DNA from: Candidatus Hydrogenedentota bacterium
Lineage (GTDB): Bacteria > Hydrogenedentota > Hydrogenedentia > Hydrogenedentales > SLHB01
Direction of reading: 5' to 3'
Assembly (NCBI GenBank): GCA_963745075.1
Contig: CAVUWV010000008.1
Coordinates: 192,001 to 256,000, forward strand
Length of the DNA stretch: 64,000 bases
Below are positions 41,393 to 51,003 of the stretch, one piece after another (position 1 is the first letter of the stretch; every line of letters begins with the position of its first letter). Made by a program: the position numbers and the translations under genes. Below the pieces are notes generated by a model. That model was not told the origin of the DNA. It ran no database searches and worked only from the letters and a program-made list of their open reading frames with translations.

Positions 41393-42394
41393 ATGAAAGG
41401 TGAAGTTCGCGTAGGGTTCGTGGGCTGTGGCGCGCACGCCACCATGAACCTGTATCCGTCGCTGCAGTACGCGCCGGTGCAACTGGTTGCGGTGTGCGAC
41501 ATGGACGTGGAACGGCGTGATACTGTGAGTCGGCGGTTTGGCGCAGAAGCGGCATTCGACTCGGTGGACGCGCTCCTGTCCGGACCCGAGTTGGACGCGC
41601 TCATCATTTGCGGTCCCCCGGAATTGCACCAGGACGCCGCAATCAAAGCCCTCGACAAGGGGTTGCACGTCTTCATGGAGAAACCGCCCGCGCCGGATCT
41701 GGCCGGCGCCCTGGCGATCCAGACCGCGGCACAACGCAACCAACGCCAGTGCATGGTGGGCTTCATGAAACGCTACGCGCTGCGCTACCAGGAAGCCCAG
41801 GAGATTCTGCGTTCGCGCGTGTTCGGAAAGCTCACTCACGTCACCCTGAAGTACGCCCACTGGAATGTGCCGGACCTGCGCTGGATGCTCACGTATATGT
41901 CCGTGCATGCGCTCGACTTGGTCCGGTTCTTCGCGGGAAACTTGGCGCATATCACGATCGAACATGTCGAAGTCGCGGGCCAGCATTCCTTTGCGTGCAC
42001 CGCCGTGGCCCGGAACGGCGCGCTGGTCGCTATCAACATGAGCAGTCAGGAACCTCGCGTCAAGGAACACGTGGAACTCGTCGGTGAAGGGGAACTGGTC
42101 GTCGTGCGCAACGTGGTCGAACTCGAATACCACCGGCGGGTCAGCCCGACCCGGTTGTTCCATTCGGATCTGCACGACGTGCAACTGCTGCGACCCGATT
42201 TCGCCATCCCGAATCCCGACCAGAACACCTTGTACCTGCAAGGGTATGCGGGGGAAATCATCGAATTCGCCAAGGCCTGCCTCGAAGACCGTGCGCCGAC
42301 GGTCACCATCGACGACGGGGTCGCTGCCATGCGCCTCGTCGAGTTGTTGTCCGAGGGCAAGAACGGCACTTTCGATCTCCCGGACGAGGCGTAG
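41393..42394 (+). CDS. Gfo/Idh/MocA family oxidoreductase
   Basis: VGFVGCG, HVFMEKP, VGFMKRY and SVHALD. Confidence 0.92.
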   Translation: MKGEVRVGFVGCGAHATMNLYPSLQYAPVQLVAVCDMDVERRDTVSRRFGAEAAFDSVDALLSGPELDALIICGPPELHQDAAIKALDKGLHVFMEKPPAPDLAGALAIQTAAQRNQRQCMVGFMKRYALRYQEAQEILRSRVFGKLTHVTLKYAHWNVPDLRWMLTYMSVHALDLVRFFAGNLAHITIEHVEVAGQHSFACTAVARNGALVAINMSSQEPRVKEHVELVGEGELVVVRNVVELEYHRRVSPTRLFHSDLHDVQLLRPDFAIPNPDQNTLYLQGYAGEIIEFAKACLEDRAPTVTIDDGVAAMRLVELLSEGKNGTFDLPDEA

Positions 42395-42469
42395 GCGCAG
42401 CCCATACAGTTCCGGTATAATCCTTTACGGTGCAGCGAAACGGGCGCATATTGCCGTTGGAGAATAGCC

Positions 42470-43162
42470 ATCCCATCTGAATCGGTTGAGAACTATCTGA
42501 AGGCTATTTACGAGCTGGAAGAAGAACATGGTCGCGTGACCACATCGGCCTTGGCCGAGCAGTTGGCGATCAGTCCGCCGTCCGTAAGTGCCATGCTCAA
42601 GCGCTTGAGCCAGGAAACGCCGTCACTCCTGGAACACGAACCGCACCGCGGTGTGGTATTGACCCCCGAAGGACAACGGAAGGCCCTGCGCATCATCCGG
42701 CGCCACCGGTTGGTGGAGACCTTTCTCTGCGAAGCCTTGGGCTACACGTGGGACGAGGTCCACGAGGAGGCCGAGCAGTTGGAGCACCACCTCTCGGAAA
42801 CGCTGGAAAACCGTATCGCTAAGTTTCTCGGTCATCCCAAATACGATCCCCACGGCGCGCCCATCCCTTCCAAGGAAGGCCACATTTCCGAACACACCTA
42901 CATTGCCCTGACTGAACTGGAAGAAGGGCAGCGCGCACAGGTCTTCCGGGTGAAGCACGACGTGCCGGAAGTCCTGCGCTACCTCACCTCCCTCGGAATC
43001 GAACCCTCGGTTTCGGTCTGCATGACCGAGAAAGCCCCCTTCGACGGCCCCGTCTACGTTCGCGTCGGCGACGCCGAAGACGCCAGCGTCCACGGCATCG
43101 GCCGTAACGTCGCCGACATGGTGATGGTCACCCGCCAGACCGAAATCGGCGACGCCGATTAG
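42470..43162 (+). CDS. DtxR/MntR-family metal-dependent repressor with C-terminal FeoA domain (apparent ATC start)
   Basis: In-frame SVENYLKAIYEL upstream of the GTG at 42536; RRHRLVETFL, EAEQLEH and DPHGAPIP; GGAG lies 7 nt before the ATC at 42470. Confidence 0.9.
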   Translation: MPSESVENYLKAIYELEEEHGRVTTSALAEQLAISPPSVSAMLKRLSQETPSLLEHEPHRGVVLTPEGQRKALRIIRRHRLVETFLCEALGYTWDEVHEEAEQLEHHLSETLENRIAKFLGHPKYDPHGAPIPSKEGHISEHTYIALTELEEGQRAQVFRVKHDVPEVLRYLTSLGIEPSVSVCMTEKAPFDGPVYVRVGDAEDASVHGIGRNVADMVMVTRQTEIGDAD

Positions 43163-43236
43163 TTCCCACTGAAGAATAATGCCTGATAAAAAAACGGACT
43201 TGATCCGCCGCCGCACGGTAAGTAATGGGTCATTTC

Positions 43237-43258
43237 AAATTTAGCCTAGGCTAAATTT
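43237..43258. promoter_or_regulatory. DtxR/MntR-type operator
   Basis: Perfect 22-bp palindrome AAATTTAGCCTAGGCTAAATTT just upstream of the -35. Confidence 0.85.
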
Positions 43259-43261
43259 ATC

Positions 43262-43291
43262 TTGACACATCGCACATCCTGATTGTATAAT
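43262..43291 (+). promoter_or_regulatory. Consensus sigma70 promoter of the feo operon
   Basis: TTGACA-N18-TATAAT. Confidence 0.85.
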
Positions 43292-43320
43292 CAATTAAGT
43301 TAGCTGAAGGTATATACACT

Positions 43321-44481
43321 ATGTTTAATCTTAATAATTATTTAGGGCTTGGGCGACACAATGACAAGTCTTCTGCCGCGGCGCTCTTTGCACCTGAAGA
43401 CGCCGTTTCCTTAAGCGATCTGCGGCCCGGCCAAGTCGGGTATGTCCAGGAAATCCGGACCAATGGCCTCCTGCGCCGGCGCATGTTGGACCTCGGATTT
43501 GTGCCGGGCGCGGAAGTGTCCGTTGCACTCGAAAGTCCCGCCGGTGACCCGACGGTCTATCGTGTTCGCGGTACGAGTATCGCCTTGCGCCGGGCCGATG
43601 CGGCCCATATCCGGGTCGCGCGCCATCAGGAAGAAGCTGCGGCGGTCGCGCCGGCGTCCGACGGCTGCAGCCAGGGCTGTTCCTACTGTCCGGTGCGTCC
43701 TGAGGTTCCCCAGCGAGCGAACGTATCCGGCAAAGAATTCGTGGTGGCGCTGGCGGGCAATCCCAATACCGGTAAGAGCACCGTATTCAATGCGTTAACC
43801 GGTCTGCGCCAGCACGTGGGCAATTGGCCCGGCAAGACCGTGGCGCGCGCCGAAGGCAAATGGATTTACGCCGGCGGCTCGTTCAAACTGGTCGACCTGC
43901 CCGGCACCTACTCCCTGCTGTCCACGTCGACGGACGAAGAAATCGCCCGCGACTTTCTGCTGTTTTCCCAACCAGATTGCACGGTGGCCGTGGTGGATGC
44001 CACGTGCCTCGAACGCAATCTGAATCTGGTATTCCAAATCCTTGAAATCACGGATCGCGTCGTCGTTTGCGTCAATCTGATGGACGAGGCCGCGCGCAAA
44101 GGCATTACGGTGGATATTAAGGCGCTGGAAACGACGCTGGGCGTTCCCGTGGTCGGCACTGCGGCCCGGTCCGGGCGTGGTCTGGACCAACTCAAGGAAC
44201 GCATTCTGGATATCGCGTCGGGCGCCATCGAGACGGAACCCTACCGGGTGCCCTACGAGCCCGAATTGCAGCGTGCGATTGACAGCATCCTCCCCTATGT
44301 CCGGCGTGCATTGCCGGACGTGCCGAACGAGCGTTGGATTGCGATGCGCCTGATCGATGGCGGCGACGCGCGGTTGCGCGAGCGCGTCCTCGACGGATCG
44401 CTGAACGTACGCGAGACGACGCGAAAACCGGTTCGGACCCGCGCCAAGCAGTTGGAGACGGCGGGGCAAGGAACCGCGTAA
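43321..44481 (+). CDS. FeoA-(Cys motif)-FeoB GTPase domain fusion
   Basis: FeoA RRMLDLGFVPG...SPAGDP; linker CSQGCSYCP; G1 GNPNTGKST, VGNWPGKT, DLPGTYSL and NLMDE. Confidence 0.9.
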   Translation: MFNLNNYLGLGRHNDKSSAAALFAPEDAVSLSDLRPGQVGYVQEIRTNGLLRRRMLDLGFVPGAEVSVALESPAGDPTVYRVRGTSIALRRADAAHIRVARHQEEAAAVAPASDGCSQGCSYCPVRPEVPQRANVSGKEFVVALAGNPNTGKSTVFNALTGLRQHVGNWPGKTVARAEGKWIYAGGSFKLVDLPGTYSLLSTSTDEEIARDFLLFSQPDCTVAVVDATCLERNLNLVFQILEITDRVVVCVNLMDEAARKGITVDIKALETTLGVPVVGTAARSGRGLDQLKERILDIASGAIETEPYRVPYEPELQRAIDSILPYVRRALPDVPNERWIAMRLIDGGDARLRERVLDGSLNVRETTRKPVRTRAKQLETAGQGTA

Positions 44482-44496
44482 CGAAAGTGTCCCCCC

Positions 44497-45957
44497 ATGT
44501 CTCATCCCAAGATCGCTGTCGAGACATTACTCGATAAGGCCGATGAACTTCACGAGGAGTTTGGATCTTCTCTGCACGACCGCGTGACGGTTTCGACCTA
44601 TGCCGCGGCGTCCGAAGTGGCCGCCCGGGCCGTGCGCGAAGGGTCGCGGCGCCGGTTTAACTGGGACCTGATGCTCGACCGGTTGATCACGTCGCGCTGG
44701 CTGGGCATTCCCTTTATGGGCGCGCTGCTGGCGGTGGTGTTCTGGCTGACCATCGCAGGCGCCAATGTCCCGTCGGCCTTTCTTGCCGGTATTCTGATTG
44801 ACGAGGGCGGGCTCTCCGGGGTCCTTCACCAGTATTTCGGCGTGCAGCACGTACCGGCCCTGTTCTCATTCAGCATTTGGCAGCTATTGCATAGCGGATT
44901 CGCGTTTGTACATGCGCCCGCATGGCTTTCGGGATTCCTCCTGGACGGGGTGTACCTCGGCATAGCCTGGGTGGTGTCCGTGATGCTGCCGCCGATGGCG
45001 ATCTTCTTCCCCATGTTCACGCTGATGGAAGACCTCGGATTGCTCCCCCGGGTCGCCTTCAACATGGACCGTTTCTTCCGGAGCGTGGGTGCCCACGGCA
45101 AGCAGGCGCTCACCATGTCCATGGGGTTCGGGTGCAACGCGGCGGGCGTGGTGGCTTGCCGGATCATCGACTCGCCTCGCGAACGTTTAATCGCTATCCT
45201 CACGAACAACTTTGTGCCCTGCAACGGTCGCTGGCCCACCTTGATCATGGTGTCCTCGCTCTTTGTGGCTGCGGCGTTCCCTGCGTGGTTGGCGACCTTC
45301 GTTTCGGTGGGGACCGTTATGGCGGTGACACTGCTGGGCATCGCGGTGACGCTGGCCGCGTCTTTCTTTCTCTCGCGCACCATGCTGAAAGGGGTGGCTT
45401 CCAGTTTTACCCTGGAAATGCCCCCGTACCGGCGGCCCCAAGTCGGGCGCGTCCTGTACACGTCGCTGATTGACCGAACCTTGATCGTGCTGTGGCGGGC
45501 GGTGGTGTGCTCGGCCCCGGCTGGCGGGTTGATCTGGCTACTGGGCGCGCTGCACGTGGGCGACGCGAGTCTTTTCATGCACTTACGGAACGTGTTGGAC
45601 CCCATCGGCCATGTTCTCGGACTGGACGGAGTCATTCTCATCGGGTTCCTGTTCGCGATTCCGGCCAACGAGATCGTCATCCCCACGATCATCATGGGCT
45701 ATATGCACGCGAGCCGGATGACCGACTTGGCCGACCCGTCGCACCTTTTCATCGCAAACGGGTGGACCCCGGTGACGGCCATCTGCATCCTGCTGTTTGT
45801 CTTGCTCCACTACCCTTGCACGACCACAAGTTACAACATTTACAAGGAGACGGGGAGCTGGAAATGGGTAGGCGTGGCCAACGCGCTGCCGCTCACCATT
45901 GCCCTTTTCGCCTGCATCGCCGTTGCCCAAGGTGCGCATTTGCTGGGGTTTCAGTAA
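44497..45957 (+). CDS. feoB: FeoB membrane (gate) domain as a separate polypeptide
   Basis: EDLGLLPRVAFNMD, GFGCNA, NNFVPCNGRWP, FTLEMPPYRRP, PANEIV and HYPC. Confidence 0.88.
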   Translation: MSHPKIAVETLLDKADELHEEFGSSLHDRVTVSTYAAASEVAARAVREGSRRRFNWDLMLDRLITSRWLGIPFMGALLAVVFWLTIAGANVPSAFLAGILIDEGGLSGVLHQYFGVQHVPALFSFSIWQLLHSGFAFVHAPAWLSGFLLDGVYLGIAWVVSVMLPPMAIFFPMFTLMEDLGLLPRVAFNMDRFFRSVGAHGKQALTMSMGFGCNAAGVVACRIIDSPRERLIAILTNNFVPCNGRWPTLIMVSSLFVAAAFPAWLATFVSVGTVMAVTLLGIAVTLAASFFLSRTMLKGVASSFTLEMPPYRRPQVGRVLYTSLIDRTLIVLWRAVVCSAPAGGLIWLLGALHVGDASLFMHLRNVLDPIGHVLGLDGVILIGFLFAIPANEIVIPTIIMGYMHASRMTDLADPSHLFIANGWTPVTAICILLFVLLHYPCTTTSYNIYKETGSWKWVGVANALPLTIALFACIAVAQGAHLLGFQ

Positions 45958-46087
45958 GCACTGACACCAGCCGACGTTTGTGCCAAGGGGTTCCTATCTG
46001 CGATACTATCCCTTTACGCAAGGTCGTCGTATTTCCATTCCGCGGCACGATCGCGCGGCCATAATCGTAGACGAGGCATCGGTTTTC

Positions 46088-47158
46088 ATGGACAAGACCC
46101 AGAATATTCACGTTCGTAGCATGGTCCCCCTGGTTTCGCCCCGGGAACTCAAGGAGTTTCTCCCAATTTCCGCCGGGGCCCGGAAAACCGTGCTCGATGC
46201 GCGTCAGACCGTGCAAGACATTCTCGCTCGGAAGGATGAGCGGCTCATCGCCGTAATGGGCCCGTGCTCGATCCACGACGATATCGCCGCCCTCGAATAC
46301 GCCATGCGCCTTTCCGAGCTGTCGAAGCAAGTCGAAGACCGGCTTGTGCTTATCATGCGCGTCTATTTTGAAAAGCCGCGCACGACCGTGGGCTGGAAGG
46401 GCCTGATTAACGACCCCTCCCTTGATGGGGCTTTCGACATCGAAGGCGGCCTGCGCAAATCCCGTGAGATTCTGTTGCGCCTCAATGAGATGGGCGTGCC
46501 CTGCGCGAGCGAAATGCTGGATCCCATCACGCCGCAGTACACGGCCGACCTGGTCGCTTGGGCGTCGCTCGGGGCCCGGACCACCGAATCGCAGACCCAC
46601 CGGCAAATGGCCAGCGGTCTCTCGATGCCGGTCGGATTCAAGAACGGCACGGACGGAAACCTGCAGATCGCGGTGGACGCGATTCAGGCCGCCCGCCATG
46701 CCCACGCTTTTCTCGGTATCGATTCCGACGGGCAAACGTGCATCGTCAACACGACGGGCAATCCCTTCGGGCACATGATTCTGCGCGGTGGCCGGTCCGG
46801 CCCGAACTATGGGCCCGAGTACGTGCGGGAAGCCGCGGAGGCGCTGATCAAGCAGGATCTTGAGCCGAACATCATCGTGGACTGCAGCCACGCGAATTCC
46901 GAAAAAGACTACCGCAAGCAACCGGCTGTGTGGCGCGCCGTGGTCGAGCAGCGGAAGCAAGGCAACAAAGACATCATCGGCCTGATGCTGGAGAGCAATC
47001 TGAACGAGGGCAACCAAGCCCTCGGCGACGATGTGTCGCACCTGAAATACGGCGTGTCGATCACGGATTCCTGCATCAACTGGGACCAGACCGCCGAGTT
47101 GGTCCAGCAGACCTACGAAGTACTCGACCCGAAGAAAAACGTGGCGGCGTGTAAGTAG
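46088..47158 (+). CDS. 3-deoxy-7-phosphoheptulonate (DAHP) synthase, class I-alpha
   Basis: GPCSIHD, RVYFEKPRTTVGWKGL, GARTTESQTHR, DCSHANS and GVSITDSC. Confidence 0.95.
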   Translation: MDKTQNIHVRSMVPLVSPRELKEFLPISAGARKTVLDARQTVQDILARKDERLIAVMGPCSIHDDIAALEYAMRLSELSKQVEDRLVLIMRVYFEKPRTTVGWKGLINDPSLDGAFDIEGGLRKSREILLRLNEMGVPCASEMLDPITPQYTADLVAWASLGARTTESQTHRQMASGLSMPVGFKNGTDGNLQIAVDAIQAARHAHAFLGIDSDGQTCIVNTTGNPFGHMILRGGRSGPNYGPEYVREAAEALIKQDLEPNIIVDCSHANSEKDYRKQPAVWRAVVEQRKQGNKDIIGLMLESNLNEGNQALGDDVSHLKYGVSITDSCINWDQTAELVQQTYEVLDPKKNVAACK

Positions 47159-47222
47159 ACCGTCCCGGCGCACGCCGTGGGGCTGGCGTGCCGCCCTGAT
47201 GCCTTGAGGAGACCGGGCGCCC

Positions 47223-47894
47223 GTGCCATCATTGCTTCTAATCGTGCTGCTCGTGCTTGCCGCCATTTCCGCGGGGACCTTGGCCCTCGTGCCCGCGTGG
47301 CTCTTGTGGCGCATGAAACGCCAGTGGCAATTCCCCCTGATTTGGTTGGTGGTCGTGGTCATCGTGCTGGGGCTGGCGACGATGCTCACGATGACGCAGG
47401 TCCAAAGCTTACCCAAACCTGTACCCATTAACGAGACCTTGCAAGACGTGACGGACCTGTCCGGCGATTTCACGGTGACCGGACTGCGACTACTCGATCC
47501 CACCGTACGCGACGCCCTCATTGAAGTGGATGTCGAGAATGCCGGTTCCGCGCCGGTTTCGTTCGGGCTTCAGTACATTGCGGACGGCGGAAACCTCGGT
47601 AATGAAGCGTATGCGGCCGGGACGACGGAAGGCGCGTTCATCCGGCGGATCGAGCCCGACTGGAGCGGGACTGTCGCCTTTCATGCCACGCTGCCTCCGT
47701 TCGTGTTCGGCGGCAACATCGTCATTGTGCTCGCCATTTGTCCCGATGTGGAGTTGGACCCCGGTGCGACCGCGTTGCCCCCGGATTCCCAGGCGCTGTA
47801 TCAAAACCATTTTGAATTGGTGCCGAAACCGGTGCAGCCCCAACAGGAAGGCGCGGGTTCCCATCGGACGAATCCGACCGATCGGTCGGATTAA
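47223..47894 (+). CDS. Hypothetical membrane protein
   Basis: GAGGAG RBS plus GTG start; two N-terminal TM helices. Confidence 0.6.
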   Translation: MPSLLLIVLLVLAAISAGTLALVPAWLLWRMKRQWQFPLIWLVVVVIVLGLATMLTMTQVQSLPKPVPINETLQDVTDLSGDFTVTGLRLLDPTVRDALIEVDVENAGSAPVSFGLQYIADGGNLGNEAYAAGTTEGAFIRRIEPDWSGTVAFHATLPPFVFGGNIVIVLAICPDVELDPGATALPPDSQALYQNHFELVPKPVQPQQEGAGSHRTNPTDRSD

Positions 47895-47916
47895 GCAAGC
47901 GCAGTGGAGGAAAACG

Positions 47917-48339
47917 ATGAAACGACAGTTCGCAAGCGCGCTCATATTGATTTTCACCTTCACCGGATGCAGCATGGCTCCGCAGATCAATTCCGCCGGT
48001 GACCTGGTCGCTGAACTCCAGAAGGAAGGCCTTCCCATCGCCTCGCAGGAGCCCGCCCCCACACCGAAGGGCCGGCACTTCCGCTTTGACGAAGGGATCA
48101 CGCTGAAGGGGGAAGACGTGTGGATCAACGTCCTGCGGATCAGCGACAGGAAGGTCTATGATATTGCCAAAGACGCGTCGGGGTTGCTCGTGATTACAGA
48201 GGCCGCTGCAGGACAAGAGCTGCCCGGCAAACCGGATATCTACACGCGGTACCCGTTCATGGTTATCATCCGGCAACAGCCGGAAGGCGCGGATCTCATG
48301 AGCGCGCTGAAAACGATCCTGCCACCCGAAGAGGCGTAA
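47917..48339 (+). CDS. Hypothetical lipoprotein
   Basis: GGAGG RBS; MKRQFASALILIFTFTGC lipobox. Confidence 0.7.
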   Translation: MKRQFASALILIFTFTGCSMAPQINSAGDLVAELQKEGLPIASQEPAPTPKGRHFRFDEGITLKGEDVWINVLRISDRKVYDIAKDASGLLVITEAAAGQELPGKPDIYTRYPFMVIIRQQPEGADLMSALKTILPPEEA

Positions 48340-48362
48340 CGGCGGAAACCGCGTGAGCGAAC

Positions 48363-49151
48363 TTACCCTTCGGTTTTCTCGAAGACGTACAAATTGGTCG
48401 CGCCAATCCGTGGTGGAAGATTCATCCGGTAGGCGAGGTTGTTCAAATGCAATAGCATGTGACGCGGAAACCCGCGTAACCGTACCTGGATCTCCGAGAG
48501 TTCACCGATGCGGCGGTGTTTCAGCGTGAACCCTTTTTCCGCGAGATACTTCGTTACTGCGGCGGCATCCAGTTTCCAGACCCAGAGCCGGTCGCCACTC
48601 ATCTCGTACCACACGCCGTCGCCCATGGGGAGATGTTCGAGGCCCTTCAACGGCTTGCGCACAACGAATCGCGCGAACCGTTCGATGGACCGATCGAGGG
48701 CATGTTTATTGGTCAAGTACAGCGCCAATTTTCCGCCGGGTTCCACGACGCGGGCCAATTCGTCCAGTGCTTTCTCGATGGCTGGAATGTGAATGATCAC
48801 CCCCCAGGAGAATACGTAGCGATAGGACGCGTCCGGAAGGTCGAGCGCGGTGAGATCCTTCTGATGGAACGCGATCTTTTCAGCGACGCCGGCCGCTTCC
48901 GCGCGCTGCCGGGCCTGATCCAGCATGCCGTTGGAAATGTCGATGCCGACGACGGGATGTCCCGCTTTCGCGACGCGGATACTGTGAACGCCCGGCCCGC
49001 ACCCGCCGTCCAGCACCGTTGCGCCGGGTTCCACCTCCATGAGCCGCAGCATATCCGCCACCGCCCAGTCGTACAGCTTCAGCGAAATGGGATGGTAATA
49101 GGCGGTATCCCACTGATCGATGGTTTCTCTTGCTTCAAAAACTTCGGACAC
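48363..49151 (-). CDS. Class I SAM-dependent methyltransferase
   Basis: VLDGGCGPG, GIDIS and ELARVVEPGG; GTG start with GAGG RBS. Confidence 0.88.
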   Translation of the reverse strand: MSEVFEARETIDQWDTAYYHPISLKLYDWAVADMLRLMEVEPGATVLDGGCGPGVHSIRVAKAGHPVVGIDISNGMLDQARQRAEAAGVAEKIAFHQKDLTALDLPDASYRYVFSWGVIIHIPAIEKALDELARVVEPGGKLALYLTNKHALDRSIERFARFVVRKPLKGLEHLPMGDGVWYEMSGDRLWVWKLDAAAVTKYLAEKGFTLKHRRIGELSEIQVRLRGFPRHMLLHLNNLAYRMNLPPRIGATNLYVFEKTEG

Positions 49152-49362
49152 GTTGGTTTCCTCACGTGATGGTTGTCCCAGTCGACGTATTATGCGGGAC
49201 GGAGATGCGAATGTCATTCTCGCGGGTTTGAAAAGGACGCAAGGGATCTAAACGACCGACGGGACGATGGGGGCAATCGCCAGGCAGATTTTCCAGGCTT
49301 CTGGCGTCCCCTGGAGCGCTTTCGTCCTTTTGGTTCTTTGTGCGCCTCTGATTTTGCGGAAT

Positions 49363-49391
49363 TTGCTTTCTTGTCAAAAGTCAGGTACACT
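49363..49391 (+). promoter_or_regulatory. Putative sigma70 promoter of the helicase gene (~180-nt leader)
   Basis: TTGCTT-N17-TACACT. Confidence 0.45.
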
Positions 49392-49576
49392 CCCTGCAAC
49401 TTATGTCTGCTGGTCAGGTAGGCGGTTGTCTTTACCGGTCTTCTCTCCTACTCGATGCTCACCTCAGAATTTGGACACTGCCTTTGTGTCGTTTCCCCGT
49501 TTTGTCAGCGTTGAGCATACAGCATCAGCCAACGCTATGGCTCTGTAACGAGCCGGCAAAATGAAAGGGAATATCC

Positions 49577-50785
49577 ATGTCTTTTGAACCACTAGGGATC
49601 CATCCGCGCTGCTTGAACGTGTTGCAGCGGCAGGACATCACGGAGCCCACCCCCGTCCAGGCGCAAGCCATTCCGGTCGCGATGGAAGGGCGTGACCTCG
49701 TCGCCATCGCCCAGACGGGCACGGGCAAGACGCTGGCCTTCGGGCTACCGGCCCTGACGCAGCTCGCGGGCAGCAAACCCGGCCGCACCCGCATGCTGGT
49801 GCTGGCACCGACGCGCGAACTGGCCCAGCAGGTGGAGAAGGTCATCGCGCCCTTGGGCAAGGCCGTCGGGCTCCATACGGTGTGCGTCTATGGCGGCGTC
49901 GGGTTTGAACACCAGACCCGGGCCTTGCGGCGCGGCACGAGCATCATCGTCGCCACCCCCGGGCGCCTCATCGACCACATGAACCGTGGCAATGTCCGTT
50001 TCGACGACTTGTCGATCCTCACGCTGGACGAAGCCGACCGAATGCTCGATATGGGTTTCATGCCGGACATCCGGCGCATCGTCGGCGCGTTGCCCAAGAA
50101 ACGCCAGACGCTTATGTTCTCGGCGACGTTTCCGAAGGAGATCGAGCGGTTCGCCCGCGAGATGCAGCACGACCCCGCGCGCGTCGAAGTGGGCCGGGTC
50201 GCTTCGCCAGCGGAAGCCGTCCGCCAGGGCGTATACACCGTGCACCAGACGGCGAAGGTCGAACTGCTTTCGAAGATCCTTCGCGAGAAGGAAGTGGGAT
50301 CGGCGTTGGTCTTTCTGCGCACCAAGCACCGGACCGACCGCGTCGCCAAGGCCCTGAAGAGTTCCGGGTTCAAGGTGCAGGCCATTCACGGCGGCCGCAC
50401 GCAGGGGCAGCGCCAACAGGCCATCGACGGGTTCCGGCAAGGCCGGTACCAAGTTCTGGTCGCGACGGACGTGGCCGCGCGCGGGCTCGACGTGCAGGGT
50501 ATCACCCATGTGTTTAATTTCGATATCCCGAATAGTTCCGACGACTACATCCACCGCATCGGCCGGACGGCCCGTGCCAGCGCGGACGGTGACGCCATCA
50601 CCTTTGTCAGTCCGGAAGATCATCGCATGCTGGCCACCATCGAAAAGGCGTTGGGGAAAAATATCCCGCGCGAAGAGTGGGACGGCGCCGTGCCGGTGTA
50701 CTCCGGCTTCCAGCCGGAAGGCGAAGGTCGCAACAAGGGCCGGCGCGGCAATCCACGCGGACGACGGTTGATGCGTCGGCGGTAG
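49577..50785 (+). CDS. DEAD-box RNA helicase (RhlE-like)
   Basis: AQTGTGKT, PTRELA, TPGR, DEAD, SAT, ARGLD and HRIGRTAR. Confidence 0.96.
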   Translation: MSFEPLGIHPRCLNVLQRQDITEPTPVQAQAIPVAMEGRDLVAIAQTGTGKTLAFGLPALTQLAGSKPGRTRMLVLAPTRELAQQVEKVIAPLGKAVGLHTVCVYGGVGFEHQTRALRRGTSIIVATPGRLIDHMNRGNVRFDDLSILTLDEADRMLDMGFMPDIRRIVGALPKKRQTLMFSATFPKEIERFAREMQHDPARVEVGRVASPAEAVRQGVYTVHQTAKVELLSKILREKEVGSALVFLRTKHRTDRVAKALKSSGFKVQAIHGGRTQGQRQQAIDGFRQGRYQVLVATDVAARGLDVQGITHVFNFDIPNSSDDYIHRIGRTARASADGDAITFVSPEDHRMLATIEKALGKNIPREEWDGAVPVYSGFQPEGEGRNKGRRGNPRGRRLMRRR

Positions 50786-50825
50786 TTCGAGTAATTGCTC
50801 GACGTTTTCTTGACAAGAGTCGCGT

Positions 50826-50870
50826 ACCCCAACTCTCCCCATCTTCGGGAAGAGTTGGGGTTCTTGTTTT
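50826..50870 (+). terminator. Rho-independent terminator
   Basis: accccaactct...agagttggggt stem followed by tcttgtttt. Confidence 0.7.
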
Positions 50871-51003
50871 CCAGGCCAATGCGCTCTCGTTGACGACTTC
50901 ATCTGCAACAACTACAATCACTGAGTTGGAGTCCGTGGCGACGCCGCGGGCCGATCTTACGGGCGAAAGAATTCAGGTATCTACGAGTACGCAAGGACAC
51001 ACC

